A stretch of 64,000 bases of DNA from contig NC_058368.1 in the NCBI RefSeq assembly GCF_018350175.1, forward strand, positions 72,480,001 through 72,544,000. Direction: 5' to 3'. A program made the position numbers and the translations under genes. Source of the DNA: Felis catus (lineage: Eukaryota). This document shows positions 12,189 to 24,581 of this stretch, one piece after another. Every line of letters starts with the position of its first letter. The first letter of the stretch is position 1. The notes beneath the pieces were generated by a model. The model searched no databases. It was not told the origin of the DNA and saw nothing but the letters and a program-made list of their open reading frames with translations.

Positions 12189-12887
12189 ATTCCCTAGCAT
12201 AGTTGTAGTATAGTATCTATAGCATAGTATAAGATAGGATAGTATATAGTAGTAATATAGTATAGCATTTATACTATAGATTTATACTATAGATTCCCTA
12301 ATATAGTTTAGTGTAGTATCTGTAGTATAGTATCTACAGTATAGATATCCTAGTATAGTTGTAGTATAATATCTATAATATAGTATCATATAGTATAATC
12401 AATTCCCTAATATAGTTGCAGTATAGTAGCTATAGCATATTATACTATGGTATCTACAGTATAGTATAGTATCATATGCTATCTATAGATTCCCTAGCAT
12501 AGTACAAGTATAGTATTTACAGCATAGTAAAATATAATATAGTATAGTATAGATTCCCTTGTATAGTTGTAGTATAGTATCTATAGCATAGTAAGATATA
12601 GTATAGTACAGTATAGCATAGCATAGTATAGTATAGTATACTATCTATAGTATAGATTCCCTAGTATAGTTGTAGTATAGTACCTATAGCATAGTATGGT
12701 ATAGAATAGTATAGCAGTATAATATAGTATAGTGTAGTCTTTATAGTATAGATTACCTAGTATAGTTCCCTAGTATAGTTGTAGTATAGTATCTATGGCA
12801 TAGTAAGGTATGGTCTGGTATGGTATGGTCTGGTCTGGTATGGTATGGTATAGTATCTATAGTATAGATTGCCTAGTATAGTTGTAG
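12189..12887. repeat. Higher-order minisatellite: ~10 copies of ATTCCCTAGYATAGTTGTAG separated by variable (TAGTA)n-type tracts
   Basis: Anchor copies start at about 12189, 12293, 12345, 12402, 12489, 12553, 12656, 12752, 12765 and 12868. Confidence 0.9.
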
Positions 12888-13944
12888 CAAACAAATCTAA
12901 TCATTCCTCCTCTATTAGATTATCTAAATCATCTCTTACTTTGTTCAAGTTCTAAATGCTGTAATTTACATTCTTGTAGCAGAAAATTTGCACAATTTTT
13001 TCTTAGATGTAGAATGTACATCTAAATGTATACCAATATAATAAATATTTTCAATAAAAAAAATTACCCAAACAAATCATTTTCTCTAGAAAAAGTGGAC
13101 TAGTATACCCTCCTACCAGGAACATAGCAAAGGTTCCCTTCACTCACCAATGGTGACAACTGCAATACTAAGCTGTTCTTAATACATTTTGCTCTTAGTT
13201 TTATGGGCTCACCATTTATCAAACTCCTTTCATTGACTTCTGTAATCATCAAACAAATGATGTATCTACAGACATTATTATTCAGAAGCTTGTGTTTGCT
13301 GTATTTGCCTTTTTGGATCATCATTTGTCCTTGTGTCTAAGTCATCTTTTTGTTTGGTCTGTTCTCACATGTTTTTACTTGTCCTCTCTGCCCTTTGGTT
13401 TTCTTTCATCAGACTTGTTCTAAGAGGTTTTGCGTATGTTTTAGTCCTTAAACACACATAAGCATTTACTCCCACAAGGGAAAGTGGGAAGTAGAGGAAG
13501 AATGATAAATTAAAGCTAATTATTTAATATTGTAGCTTTTAGAAAATAGAAACTATGTCCTCATTTTTATCAATTAGTACATTTTAATTAATGAATTAAG
13601 CAAGTTGGTTCAATTCCCTTAGCTAGAAACATACTTTCAAAGAATAATAGCATGCCAAATTCCCACCATCTGGAGATTTTTCAATTTGAGAGATAATTTA
13701 TCTCTTTTACTGGCAAAAGACATCTTTAAATTTTCTTTTTATTTTATCAGAGAAGTTTCCCTTTAGGCATGTATTTTTTTTAACCTATGTGATTTTTACT
13801 CTGATTTTTTGACAACTGAATCATAATTTTTCTCATTCATGTGCACAGAGATGTTTTTTGGAACAGACAAGGAAAGTCCTCCAATGAACGTATTTTAAAG
13901 ACTTTGTTTGGGAGGGTGGATCTTTGTATATTTTTACTAAATTA

Positions 13945-14629
13945 TTTTGTAGCTTTATTGAAGTATAAATGATAAACCGAAAGATAGCACATATTTAATG
14001 TAAACAATTTATTGAGTTTGGACGTATGTATACACCCATGATGTCATCACCACAATCAAGGTCATAAATATATCTATGCCTCCAAATACAGTAAAACCTT
14101 GGTTTGTGAGCGTAATTCGTTCTGGAAACATGCTTTTAATCCAAAACACTCATATATCAAAGTGAATTCCAAGAACTATTGGCTCAGTTGTGATCATGTG
14201 ATCATCACCAGTAGCATCACATACTACTGGTATTTGCAAGTCATCGCTCGTTGGTCAAGTTAAAATTTATGAGAAATGTTTGCTCATCTTGTGGAATACT
14301 CACAGATTAAATTGCTCACAATCCAAGATTATGTCCTTGTGTCCCTTTGTATTTGTGTATTTGTATTGTGTGTACATGCGTGTGTGTATGTGTGTGTGTG
14401 TGTGTGCATTCGGGATACTTAACATGAGAGAGATGTCTACAATAATCAAACTTATAGGAGCAGAAAATAGAGTGGTTGTTGCCAGAGGGGGAAATGGGGA
14501 CTTGTTTAATGGGTATAAAATTACAGCAACACAAGACGAGTAAGTTCTAGAGATTTGCTGTACTGCATAGTGCCTGTAGCAAACAATACAGTATTATGGA
14601 CTTACAAATTTGTTAAGAGAGTAGACCTC
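13945..14629 (-). mobile_element. 5'-inverted LINE-1 3' fragment (L1MA-like) with nested MITE and (TG)n
   Basis: Antisense 3' end at 13945-14428 and sense segment at 14430-14629, contiguous in the recalled L1MA consensus. Confidence 0.75.
14089..14330. mobile_element. Non-autonomous Tc1/mariner (Tigger/pogo-like) MITE
   Basis: TA then CAGTAAAACCTTGGTTTGTGAGC left TIR; degenerate, truncated inverted copy GCTCACAATCCAAGATT at 14314-14330. Confidence 0.7.
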
Positions 14630-16416
14630 CAAACATTTAAATTAAGCACCACACCACCTATTGTGATTTTTGATTCTATTTTAAAAATTCTCAGTGGCGT
14701 AATTAAGTATCTTATTATAAGTTAGCTGCAGTGAGAAATGCCCGGTTTTCAAGAGACAAGGAAACCCAGTGTGTTCTTCCCGCAGTATTTCAAGACAGCA
14801 TGCAGGATTCAGATTTACTGTGTTCTAAGTGTTTAGATGGATTGATCACTACATCATCTGGTGCTCGAGGAATAGTCATGGTAAATTATAGCATTTCAAA
14901 CATAGTTGTTAAGGACTGCAGCCAAAGGAGAAGAAGAAATAACCCTGTAACATTAACGTCTTACTCTTCCTTATCCAGAACGAAAGGAGCTGCTTTTAGA
15001 GATGTATCAAATGGGGAAAATATCAGTGAATTGGTAAATCATGCCAGAAACAAGGCTGTATTTTGTCATATTAAATGATGACAAATCAGTCTGTGGATCC
15101 TCAGGCAGTCTTCCGTGGATCTCTGAGCACATTGTGCTGTCTACTATGGCTTTTAGTTCTAGTGTCATGGAATGACCCATAATAGTAGGATGGTACCTAG
15201 GAAGAGAAAAGCATGTTTATTATTTGCTTTTTTTGTACTTAGGCACACTTACTGGAATGTCTGAAATTGTATATGCATCCTATATTTCACAAAACCTCAG
15301 GAATGTAAATGTTATTTATATGACTTTTTATAAGATAGTTCAGAGACAGAAAGTTTGGGATACAGAGAGAAGTAAAAATGATGCTTCCAGCATTCTCTCT
15401 CTGTGTTCCCATGAGGTGCCGGGACTTCTGTGTGTTGGGTCATTTTCTATCCTCAAGGAGGCCAAAGACGCAGGTGCCCAGAACTGGTGGCTTCCTGGAA
15501 GGCCCTGATTAAATCCAGTGTTAAATCTCTCATTTATATGAAAAAACAGCGTTCACTAAAGGCATAATTTGCATATATTGAAGTGAATTGCTAAAAAGAA
15601 TTTAAAAGAACCAAATTTCATAGAAATGACAATCTCATACAAGGTGATTGTTTAAGGACTCCTTTTTCCAGTGGGTAAATAATTATCCTTGTTCCTTATT
15701 CCCCCTTCTTTATTTTATCTTGCCTTTCTTCTTGCTATTTTTATATTCAACAGAACCTAGAGGAGAGGAAGAAATTCAGAAGTTGAAGTTAATAATTTTG
15801 AGTTTTTAAAAGATGGTAGAAGATATTTCAATGGAAAATTATATAGTATTTTTTTAATTACCTGAGATTTTTCTAATCTGTAGTCCAGAATACTGTATCA
15901 CTTCCAAGATAGAGTGAATATTTTTTGTGTGTTCCAGTCAACGATCTTGTTTAAATGTTTTATCTATGGCAACAGAGCATATTGTGTCAAAGATAGGAAT
16001 TGATCCAAATAAATAGACAATTTTTATTACATTTTGCATAATTTTTATGTGATAAATTGAAAACCAGTGAAATTCTTTGGCAAAGAAAACTTCCTCATAA
16101 GGCCTGCAACAAATATTGTCAAAATCTATTTGAAATGAAACTAGAAAATTGAACATGAATTCAATCCCAATTTCTTTAAGTGAGCTTAAAATGAGATGTG
16201 TGACAACTATGACTATTTTGTTACTACAGTTATTTATTTGTTTCTATTAAAACACTAAACACATAGTGAAAGAGGCAGTGTGGTGCTCTAGCAATTATTT
16301 ACTTAATTTTATTCAATATAAAAATGCAAACCAGATAGTTTTAATAAGAAACAATCTGGTCTGGCTATCAGCCATAATCTTCACGGAACCATATACTCTA
16401 CAGATTTTCTTTTTAA

Positions 16417-16437
16417 ATGTTTTTTTTAATGTTTATT

Positions 16438-16473
<36 letters not shown>

Positions 16474-16647
16474 AGCGAGCATGAGCGGGGGAGGGGCAGA
16501 GAGTGAGAGAGACACAGAATCTGAAACAGGCTCAAGGCTCTAAGCTGTCAGCACAGAGCCCGATGCAGGGCTCGAACTTACGAACTGCGATATCATGACC
16601 TGAGCCGAAGTCGGATGCTTAGCCAAGTGAGCCACCCAGGTGCCCCT
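16417..16647 (-). mobile_element. CanSINE with (GA)n
   Basis: TSD AGATTTTCTTTTTAA at 16402-16416 and 16648-16662. Confidence 0.92.
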
Positions 16648-16940
16648 AGATTTTCTTTTTAATAGAAAGCCAATGAGCCAGAATTTCATCATTTTGTCTA
16701 GGCTTTAAGATCATATAGCTGATCAGAACCCTATGATTTTCCTCTTGGACACATAAGATATTATTAAAAATTGATAGGACTGGCCCTTGTGCAATATTTG
16801 CATAATGGATATATTCAATATATAATCATATGATAGCACATAGCTAACCCATGCATCCTATTTTCATTAGTGATGTTGTTTATAAGATTTAATCAACCTG
16901 ATTTTTACTGACCACCCTACATTGTATTTCTATGCTAACC

Positions 16941-17147
16941 CAGAGGTCAGGAAACTAGGACCAGGAGGCCTGCATTCTGTGTTTACAGATAAAGTTTTAT
17001 TAGAACATAGACAAGCTCATTTGTATGCATATGGCTGCTTTCTTGTTATAATGGCAGAGTTAAATAGCTGCCACAGAGAATGTATGGCACACATAGCCTA
17101 AAATGTTCACTATTTAGCCCTTTGTAGAAAAAGTTTGCTGCTCCCTA
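16941..17147 (+). mobile_element. MER58A-like hAT-Charlie element
   Basis: CAGAGGTCAGGAAACTA...ATAAAGTTTTATTAGAACA...GCCTAAAATGTTCACTATTTAGCCCTTTGTAGAAAAAGTTTGC matches recalled MER58A. Confidence 0.8.
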
Positions 17148-17868
17148 CACCAAGTATTTGTGGTAAATGTGACAAAATGTGGTGGGAAAGGGATTGAGTA
17201 TCTTGAGAGTAAGAGGAGGAAGATACTCTTTTCTAAATAAATTTGGGTATAGATATGGTTCATGAAGTGAGTGGAGCTGGAATTGAGTCTGTAGGGATGA
17301 GTAGCCTTAGACAGATAATGATTTTGAAAAAAGTGTGTCCCAGGTAGAGGGAACCACATGAAGAGAAACACTGAAACACTGAGTTAACAAGAGAGTAAAT
17401 TTTGCAGGGAACAAGAAGAAAATTCACTTTTGATGATAAATAAAAAGAAAATAGTGGGTGACAGCCTAGGGGCAAATGTCATCCTCCCTCCCCCACTTCT
17501 CCCCATGTTGTGATAGGTTTGAGACAGAAAAATCAACTTCTTTGCAGAGCTCTTGTTCTCATAATTTTCTTAGGAGGTTAATTGTTAGTAAGAAAGACAC
17601 ACATTGTAAACACAGATTGTAAATATGCTAAAATGATGTCATAGAAATGCCAGGTTAACCTTGCTTAGTGCCTACTCCACCATGTCATTGCTGAAATGCC
17701 AAGTTTAACATAACTACAGTTACCAAGATTCGGATCTTTCCGTGAATGAGACAAATATGTTAGTGTCTCTCATGTATCTTTCTCTCTCCTTCCTGCCTCT
17801 CAAATCAGGTTTACTTATTTACTGACAGAATAGGAAAACACAAGCACAAATCAAAAGTGGATGTTTTA

Positions 17869-18088
17869 GGGGGGCCTGGGTGGCGCAGTCGGTTAAGCGT
17901 CCGACTTCAGCCAGGTCACGATCTCGCGGTCCGTGAGTTCGAGCCCCGCGTCAGGCTCTGGGCTGATGGCTCGGAGCCTGGAGCCTGTTTCCAATTCTGT
18001 GTCTCCCTCTCTCTCTGCCCCTCCCCCGTTCATGCTCTGTCTCTCTCTGTCCCAAAAATAAATAAACTTTGAAAAAAAAATTAAAAAA
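17869..18088 (+). mobile_element. Very young CanSINE (SINEC_Fc-type)
   Basis: TSD AAAAGTGGATGTTT at 17853-17866 and 18089-18102; CpG-rich body. Confidence 0.95.
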
Positions 18089-18220
18089 AAAAGTGGATGT
18101 TTCATTAAAAGTCATTCATGATAGCAAAGTAGTAACATGACAGGATTTTAGCAACCAGATTAGCATCTTGAGGGACACATTACCTGTACTGGATATTTAT
18201 ACACATACCTATGTGTTTTA

Positions 18221-18662
18221 TTTTTAAAATATTTTTTTCTTGAGTTTTCATTTAAATTCCAGTTAGTTAACATACAGTGTAGTATTAGTTTCAGGTGTAG
18301 AGCTTAGTGATTCCACACTTGCATGCAACACCCAGTGCTCATCAGGACAAGTTCACTCCTTAATCCCCATCACATATTCCACCCATCTTCCCTTCCTCTC
18401 CCCTCTGATAACCATCAGTGTGTTCTCTACAGTTCTGAGTCTGTTGTCTCTCGGCATCTTTGTTTTTTTTCCCCCATGCTTGTTTATTTTGTTTCTTAAA
18501 TTCCACGTATGAGTGAAATCATATGGTATTTGTCTTTCTCTGACTGACTTATTTTGCTTAGCAAAATACCTTCTAGTTCCATCCACGTTGTTGCAAATGG
18601 TGATATATCATTCTTTTTTATGGCTAAGTAATATTCCATTGGAGATAGCTATATATAGGAGA

Positions 18663-18700
<38 letters not shown>

Positions 18701-18748
18701 CCTATCTATCATCTATCTAGATATATCACATCTTCTTTATCCATTCGT
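18221..18748 (-). mobile_element. Carnivore L1 3' end with internal (TATC)n
   Basis: AATTCCAGTTAGTTAACATACAGTGTAGTATTAGTTTCAGGTGTA...CACCCAGTGCTCATC; TSD-like CC(T/C)ATGTGTTTTA. Confidence 0.88.
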
Positions 18749-19560
18749 CACACCCATGTGTTTTAAAGGCAAAGGGTCATCATGTCATGAAGCAAGATAG
18801 TAGGTTATTGGTATGGAGGTAGGTGACTCTAAGTGTGGGCCCTGCCACCAGCTAGGTATCTGAGCTAGCAAGTCACAGGCTAAAGTGGCAGCAAACCCTG
18901 ATGGTGACTGTGGACTTAACTTCTTTAGGCTACTTTTCTGACTCATTTGGATGCTTACATTTTCTGTCTGTTCTCATGGGCTCCATGCCTTTATTTTCTG
19001 AATCACCTTCACAACAGACTCTCTGGTTTTGCATAGCTAACCGGATAGACAGAGCTGACTATTCCTCATGAGAATCAGGTGACTAGCCAAGTATTCTTCT
19101 AGGCTCTGCTTTCTGCAGAGTGACTGTTTGGGGTACGAAGTAATGTATTCTTCACTTATGGCATCCTTTCATTTGGAATATAACAGTTAAGATGGATGAG
19201 ATATTGGTTCTCCATAAATATTTTTTTCTCATGTGATGCCTTTTATTTGGATAAAGGAGGAAAGGCGGGATTCTTTGGCTTCTTATTTAAGTTTCAAAAT
19301 AATTCTGGCCTCTATGCTGCTGAAAATATCCATGCCATGTGGATGCTTGTAAATAGTACCAAATGGTCTGGCATAGTACAGTTGTGAGCCATTTAAGGTT
19401 TGAATGGTCTCAAGGATGAAATAGCAAATATTTGAGGTCATATGTAAAGTGCTTTATAAGGACATTAAATTCTTTGCTAGGATGTCTTTCTCTGGATTTC
19501 TTCCTAAGGCCCTACATTGTACAATAGTTAACTGAAGGAGTTTAAAAGAAATATGAGTTT

Positions 19561-19648
19561 TATATATACATGTATATATGTATGAGTCATATATATATGA
19601 GTCATATATATACGTATTACATATATGTATATGTAATATGTATATATA
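19561..19648. repeat. TA-rich low-complexity, self-complementary tract with two TGAGTCA motifs
   Basis: Read directly from sequence. Confidence 0.85.
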
Positions 19649-20489
19649 ACAGACTCTTAGCTTAAAAATGCAAGCAGATATGAAGTATATGGTGACTGGA
19701 AAGTCTCTTATACTGCTTCATTTGATTAATTTGCCAGAAGTCTGGGTATGATTAATGTTACTATTCAATTATAGTCACAGTGGTGAGACAGACTTGCATA
19801 ACTTTATGCTCTTGAGTGTAGTTTAATTATGAAAGAGTCAGTAGCAAAACCCAAGTAGCATAATTCATGTTTGAGTCTAGATGCACTCTTCCGGATGCTC
19901 CTACTACATAAAGAGAAAAATCCAGAGGGATCGCTGGTAAATGAGATCTTAGTTTTGCTGGGAAGCCTGAGGTCTTGTGACTACACAAGGGTGGGAAGAG
20001 GGTTGCAACAAGCTGACATTGTTCCACCCTGTTCCCAAACGTTACTAGGAACAGGCATCGGTTTCTACTTGTTTGGGTAGAGAGGCTCACACACACTGCC
20101 ACCGTTGTGCTTCCTCTCTGTACCTATAGCCTTTCGCAGCCGGCCACCTTCCTTGTGAGGACATGTGCCTCTGTAGGGGCAACAACTAGGGAGATGGCCT
20201 TATGGCTCATGACACCTTCACAGTGAAGATGTGTTCGTGCCATTTGTTGTTTGTGTGCCCCTGGAACATTTTTTTATAGCTTTATGGACGCTCAGTTATG
20301 TTAGCTATAAAATTAGTGTTATAACTTCTCTGTTTCCTCTAAAATGTTGTTGTGAGGAGCAATTAAGATAGTGCATATGAGATTGTTTTGTTAACTTTAA
20401 TATGCCATTGTAAGGGATTACAAGGGTTTAACTAGACATAGTAGATGAACTCAAGGACACAGAATTTAATAGAGAAAACAAGATCAATA

Positions 20490-20830
20490 TTTACTCACTC
20501 ATTCATTCATTAATTCATTCACGCATTCAACATATACTTATTGGCATCCTGTTATGTGCCTAGAACCAGCCTAGGTGCTGAGGAAAGAATAATAAATAAG
20601 ACAATTAATGTCAGGGCACTCAGCATTTCCAGTGAGTTTGGCTGGAGAAGTTAAATAAGAAAACAATTTCCATTAGAGCCAGAAGAAGGAAGTCAAGATA
20701 ATACATTGAGTATCTGATGTAGAGTTTGGGATAAGGTGGTCAGGGACCTTCTCTGAGGGGGTCCTGTGTGGCCAGACCTGAGTATTGAAAGGGAGCCAAA
20801 TGAGAACAGAGGGAAGGTGGCCGGAAAACA
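20490..20830 (-). mobile_element. L2 3' fragment
   Basis: CATTCATTCATT...CATTCAACATATACTTATTG...TATGTGCCTAG...CTAGGTGCTG. Confidence 0.75.
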
Positions 20831-21009
20831 GGAAAACAATGGTTTATACAACATTTCAGACGCAGATGATGGTCTCCTGGAAGAGATCCAAGTCAGGTGG
20901 GCTTTGTCCTTAAAGAATCCACAGAAGAGACTGAGAGCTTGTTGAAGAAGAATTTTTAAAATGCCACTGCGAGCTCCTACCTAATTTAATTTGTTCGTGA
21001 TGTACCCCG

Positions 21010-21075
21010 GACATCAGGGATTTTAAAAGCTCCCTGGTGATTCTACTATGCAGTCACATTAAGAATCGCAGTTCT
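21010..21075. mobile_element. MER5-like hAT fragment
   Basis: TTTTAAAAGCTCCCTGGTGATTCTACTATGCAGTCACATTAAGAATCGCAG. Confidence 0.55.
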
Positions 21076-21582
21076 GCAGAGTGTATAATGGACAGTCCTG
21101 CAGCAAAGGATGGGCTCTTTTGCTTTTGCCCTACTTCCCACAGAGCAAACAGGGCTTCAGGGAGTGCTAGGAGTTGCAGAAAAATTACTGTCATGTGGGG
21201 TCTTCTCCTGATTTCTGTTGAATAGGTGGGAAGGCAATGAGGCAGAGGTAGAGGGGCTCTCGGAGAAGGGGGGAAAATACTGGAAATCACCTCAGGAGGC
21301 ACAGAAAGATGAAAGAATATGGTATGTTTGTTCAAGGACTTGCTCCATCCCAGATTTTGTATATCTGCATTTTTAAATAGACCTCCAGTGTAATTTTGAA
21401 GCACTTGGGTATGAATGCTGGGTTATATCTTTTTCACAAAAATGTCCTTCCGTGGTCCTCAATTACTCAGAACCCTTAGAGCTGCTTTCAAACTTCATAG
21501 ATTGTTTTCTGAGAACTAATCTGTGGTGCTTCCCTGACCTGAATAATTTGTATTGTGATGAAGGATTTTTGCAATTCTCTAT

Positions 21583-21784
21583 CAAGGGATTCTTAAGCTG
21601 GGATTCATGCAACTCTGGAGGTTTATGGCTGAGTATCAGGGCAATACGAACCTCTTAAAATAACACAAATATGTTGTGTGTACCTTTTTATATTTTTATG
21701 AAGAGAGGGTCCACAGTTTCTTTTACCAGATTCTAGATGGACTGCCTACTGTCAGTAAGGGTGGCAGTGATTTAGAAACCACTG
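21583..21784. mobile_element. Old hAT-Charlie MITE (MER103-like)
   Basis: TTCTTAAGCTGGG...GAGAGGGTCCACAGTTTC...CAGATTCT...AGAAACCACTG terminus. Confidence 0.6.
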
Positions 21785-23189
21785 GGTACAACCAAACAAA
21801 CCCTTTTAGAGAGAGATCACAGATTATTGAGGAACATATTTTGAGCTGGCTGTGCCTTAGCTATACACTTATAGCTTAATAATTAAATCAGTAAATTATA
21901 TTTCTAGCAATCAAATATAGAAATGCTTTGTGGTATCTAGTTGTATATGGAACTTATGATTTGGCTTATTTAAAAAATGTGTTCATAAGATTTAAATTTG
22001 GAATAAAAAGTGGACCAAACCCAAAACCATTTTATTCTATGTCATGAGAATTTATCCACTGAAGCTTCTCATTAGGATAACTGGGAACACAGCCAGAAGT
22101 TCAAGCAGAGAAAAAAAAACTTCCATTGCTGTTTTTCTCTCAGAACAGAATGTCATTGCTTCGATAATGCTGTAGATTTTAATCTCTACCCATGAGAGAT
22201 GCCCATTCTGATTAGTAAATGTTTTAAGTATTGGATGCTTATAAGAGTACAACCTGGCATTCTAGGAATAACAGGAGTATGTGAATAAGAAAAGAAGGAA
22301 ATTTAATTTATATGCTAATCAGTTTCATTAGGAATTGCTTTATGGAGACCCATCTTATTATGTAAAAATAAAGTCTTTTATTAACAAATATGAAAATTTA
22401 ATAAAGAAATATAATTGGTGTTTTCCTACATGACTCCAAAGGAAGACTTAATGAGTCTATAAACTTATTTCCAGTTAACATTCAGCCATATTATTATTGC
22501 TTTAACTTCGGCTAGTTAATGTGTATGAATGTCTGTGAATCTTGGGAACATGCGGGATAGAGCTAAATTATCAGAGAAAATTCCAAGCAGTGTGACAGAG
22601 CATATAACCTGAGGAAAGAGTGGAGCAGACAGATGGATAGGTCATAAAACAGCAAGAACCATTGGTTGTTAATATTGAATGATCCAGGGCTTACTTCCTG
22701 GGCTTATAACTGTTCATCTTATATCCATTCATATATTCATTTATTCATTCAATGCGCTTAATTACAGTGGCAATATAAAATGACAAGGAAGGTTTCCCTA
22801 ATATTTACTTTGATGACGTAATTTGGGTAGCTGTCATTTTACTTCTGATGTTGCTTTTAGCTTCTGGTTGAATCCGAAGGCTTTATTTTTATGTTATAAA
22901 CTGGCTACACTAGGGAAAAGATGTTTAATGAGAATATTTGCTGTTTGTATAATGTAAGCGATAAATGTGGAAGGTGTTCAAGAAACTGTAGCTATACCGT
23001 AGATCAAAGATTGTCAGTAACACAAAGGTGTGTAGCATTGTTGCCTCCAGATCAAGTGCCAGTTTTAAATATCTTAAGCGTTCTTTGGGTTTTGCATCCT
23101 AAAAGAAGTCTAGATTTCCTGATTATGTTTTTAATTCCTTTGTCATGAATTACAGTGCTGAAGATACAACAAAATTACACAGCACCTAT

Positions 23190-23700
23190 TTTGATTAAGA
23201 GTCTTTTGCGTACAAAGGACAGAATCTTAATTCCGTCAGAAACAAACAAATGAGTTATGTGCTCGCATAACCAAGAAGGACAGGGATAAAGACGACCCTC
23301 AGGATGGATGGAAATGGGACTCAGACAACCTCTCATCGGCCTCTCTTTCTCTCTCTTTCTGCCCCCTCACCCACCAGTCCACACATTTCTGCTTCTGCCG
23401 GGTGTTTGGTTTTAATCTTGCCTACTGCAGATAGATTTTCTCTGTGTAGGAGGACATGGATTTTAACCTCACCTAAGGTTATGTTTTGACTGTGGCCTGA
23501 TCAAGGAAGATGAGAGTCTCTTCCCTGGAAATCCAAGGGATGGGGAAAAAAATCTCAGGGAAAAACTCCGATTGGCTTAGGTTGGAACCACAATCAATTG
23601 TGAACTGATACCCATGTCCAAACAGAAGGATGATGGAATATTAAACTTGGCCCTCCTTGAAGCAAATCTGAGGTGGTGATATGGAAGATTTTAAGACTTC
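23190..23700 (-). mobile_element. MaLR LTR (MLT1K-like), degraded
   Basis: TCTTTTGCGTACAAAGGACAGAA...GCTCGCATAAC...TCAGGATGGATGGAAATGGGACTCA...ACTCCGATTGGC. Confidence 0.5.
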
Positions 23701-23880
23701 AAAGAGCCCTTCTGAGCAGACAAAAATAATTTTTACTGGCTACAACTGCATCTGAGATTGCTATTGGCCTTGAGAATCTGTGATTACATGTAGAACCTTC
23801 TTGGTGTAGCAAGGATGATATATAGCATGTTTTCAGATTTCAAAGGACAGCATTACATTACAAGGCAATTCATTAATGGT

Positions 23881-24363
23881 TGTGGTACACCGAAGAAGGG
23901 TCCACAGAGACATTCATGTCCTGGTCTGTGGGACCTGTGAATATGTTATATTACATGGCTGAGGAAGAAAGCTGCATTTGGAACTAAGATTGCTAATCTG
24001 GAGATTGTAGTGGATTATCTGGGTGGGCCCAGGATAATAACAAGGGTCTTTACACGTGGCAAAGCAGACAGAAAAAGACTCAAGAGTCAGAGTGATTCAA
24101 CCTGAGAAGGACCTAACCTTCTATTGCTGACTTGGAAGATAGGAGAATGGGGCCAAGAGCCAGGGACTGTGGGCAGCCTCTAGGAGTGAAAACGCAGGGG
24201 AATATTTGCCCCTAGAGCCTTCAGAAGGAATGCAATTCCTTGATTTCAGCTTAGTGAAATCCATTTAGACTTCCAATCTCCAGAGCTATCAGATAATAGC
24301 TTGGTGTCATTTTGAGCCACAAAGTTTGTGGTAATTTGTTATAGCAGCAGTGGAAATAATACA
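23881..24363 (+). mobile_element. MLT1D-like solo LTR
   Basis: TG...CA ends; GACCTGTGAATATGTTA, GGATTATCTGGGTGGGCCC, CCTAGAGCCTTCAGAAGGAA and GTTTGTGGTAATTTGTTATAGCAGC motifs. Confidence 0.88.
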
Positions 24364-24581
24364 GTGATCTGTGGAAATATTCTTGGCTATAGTTAATAGA
24401 ATATACATCAGAATCTTTTCTGAGTGAAGTATTCCTGTGAATTGTTTTAAACTTTTTATAGACAATCCGAGAAAGAATATTACAAATATTATTTCTTTTA
24501 CTGCTAGTACTTCATCTGTCAGCATAAACATAAAAAGATTAGCTAAGATATAATTTCCTTGTTGAATTTTCTCTTGCATTA

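Noticed and set aside
12189..12887. CRISPR-like repeat/spacer array
   Set aside because: Spacers are variable-length pentamer microsatellite related to the repeat itself, not unique sequence; mammalian intron with no cas genes.
14731..15078. 115-aa ORF
   Set aside because: GTG start, no recognisable homology or exon signals; chance ORF.
17857..18105. Recurrent similar short ORFs (also at 27685, 40825, 49121, 58636) suggesting a peptide family
   Set aside because: All are translations of CanSINE bodies.
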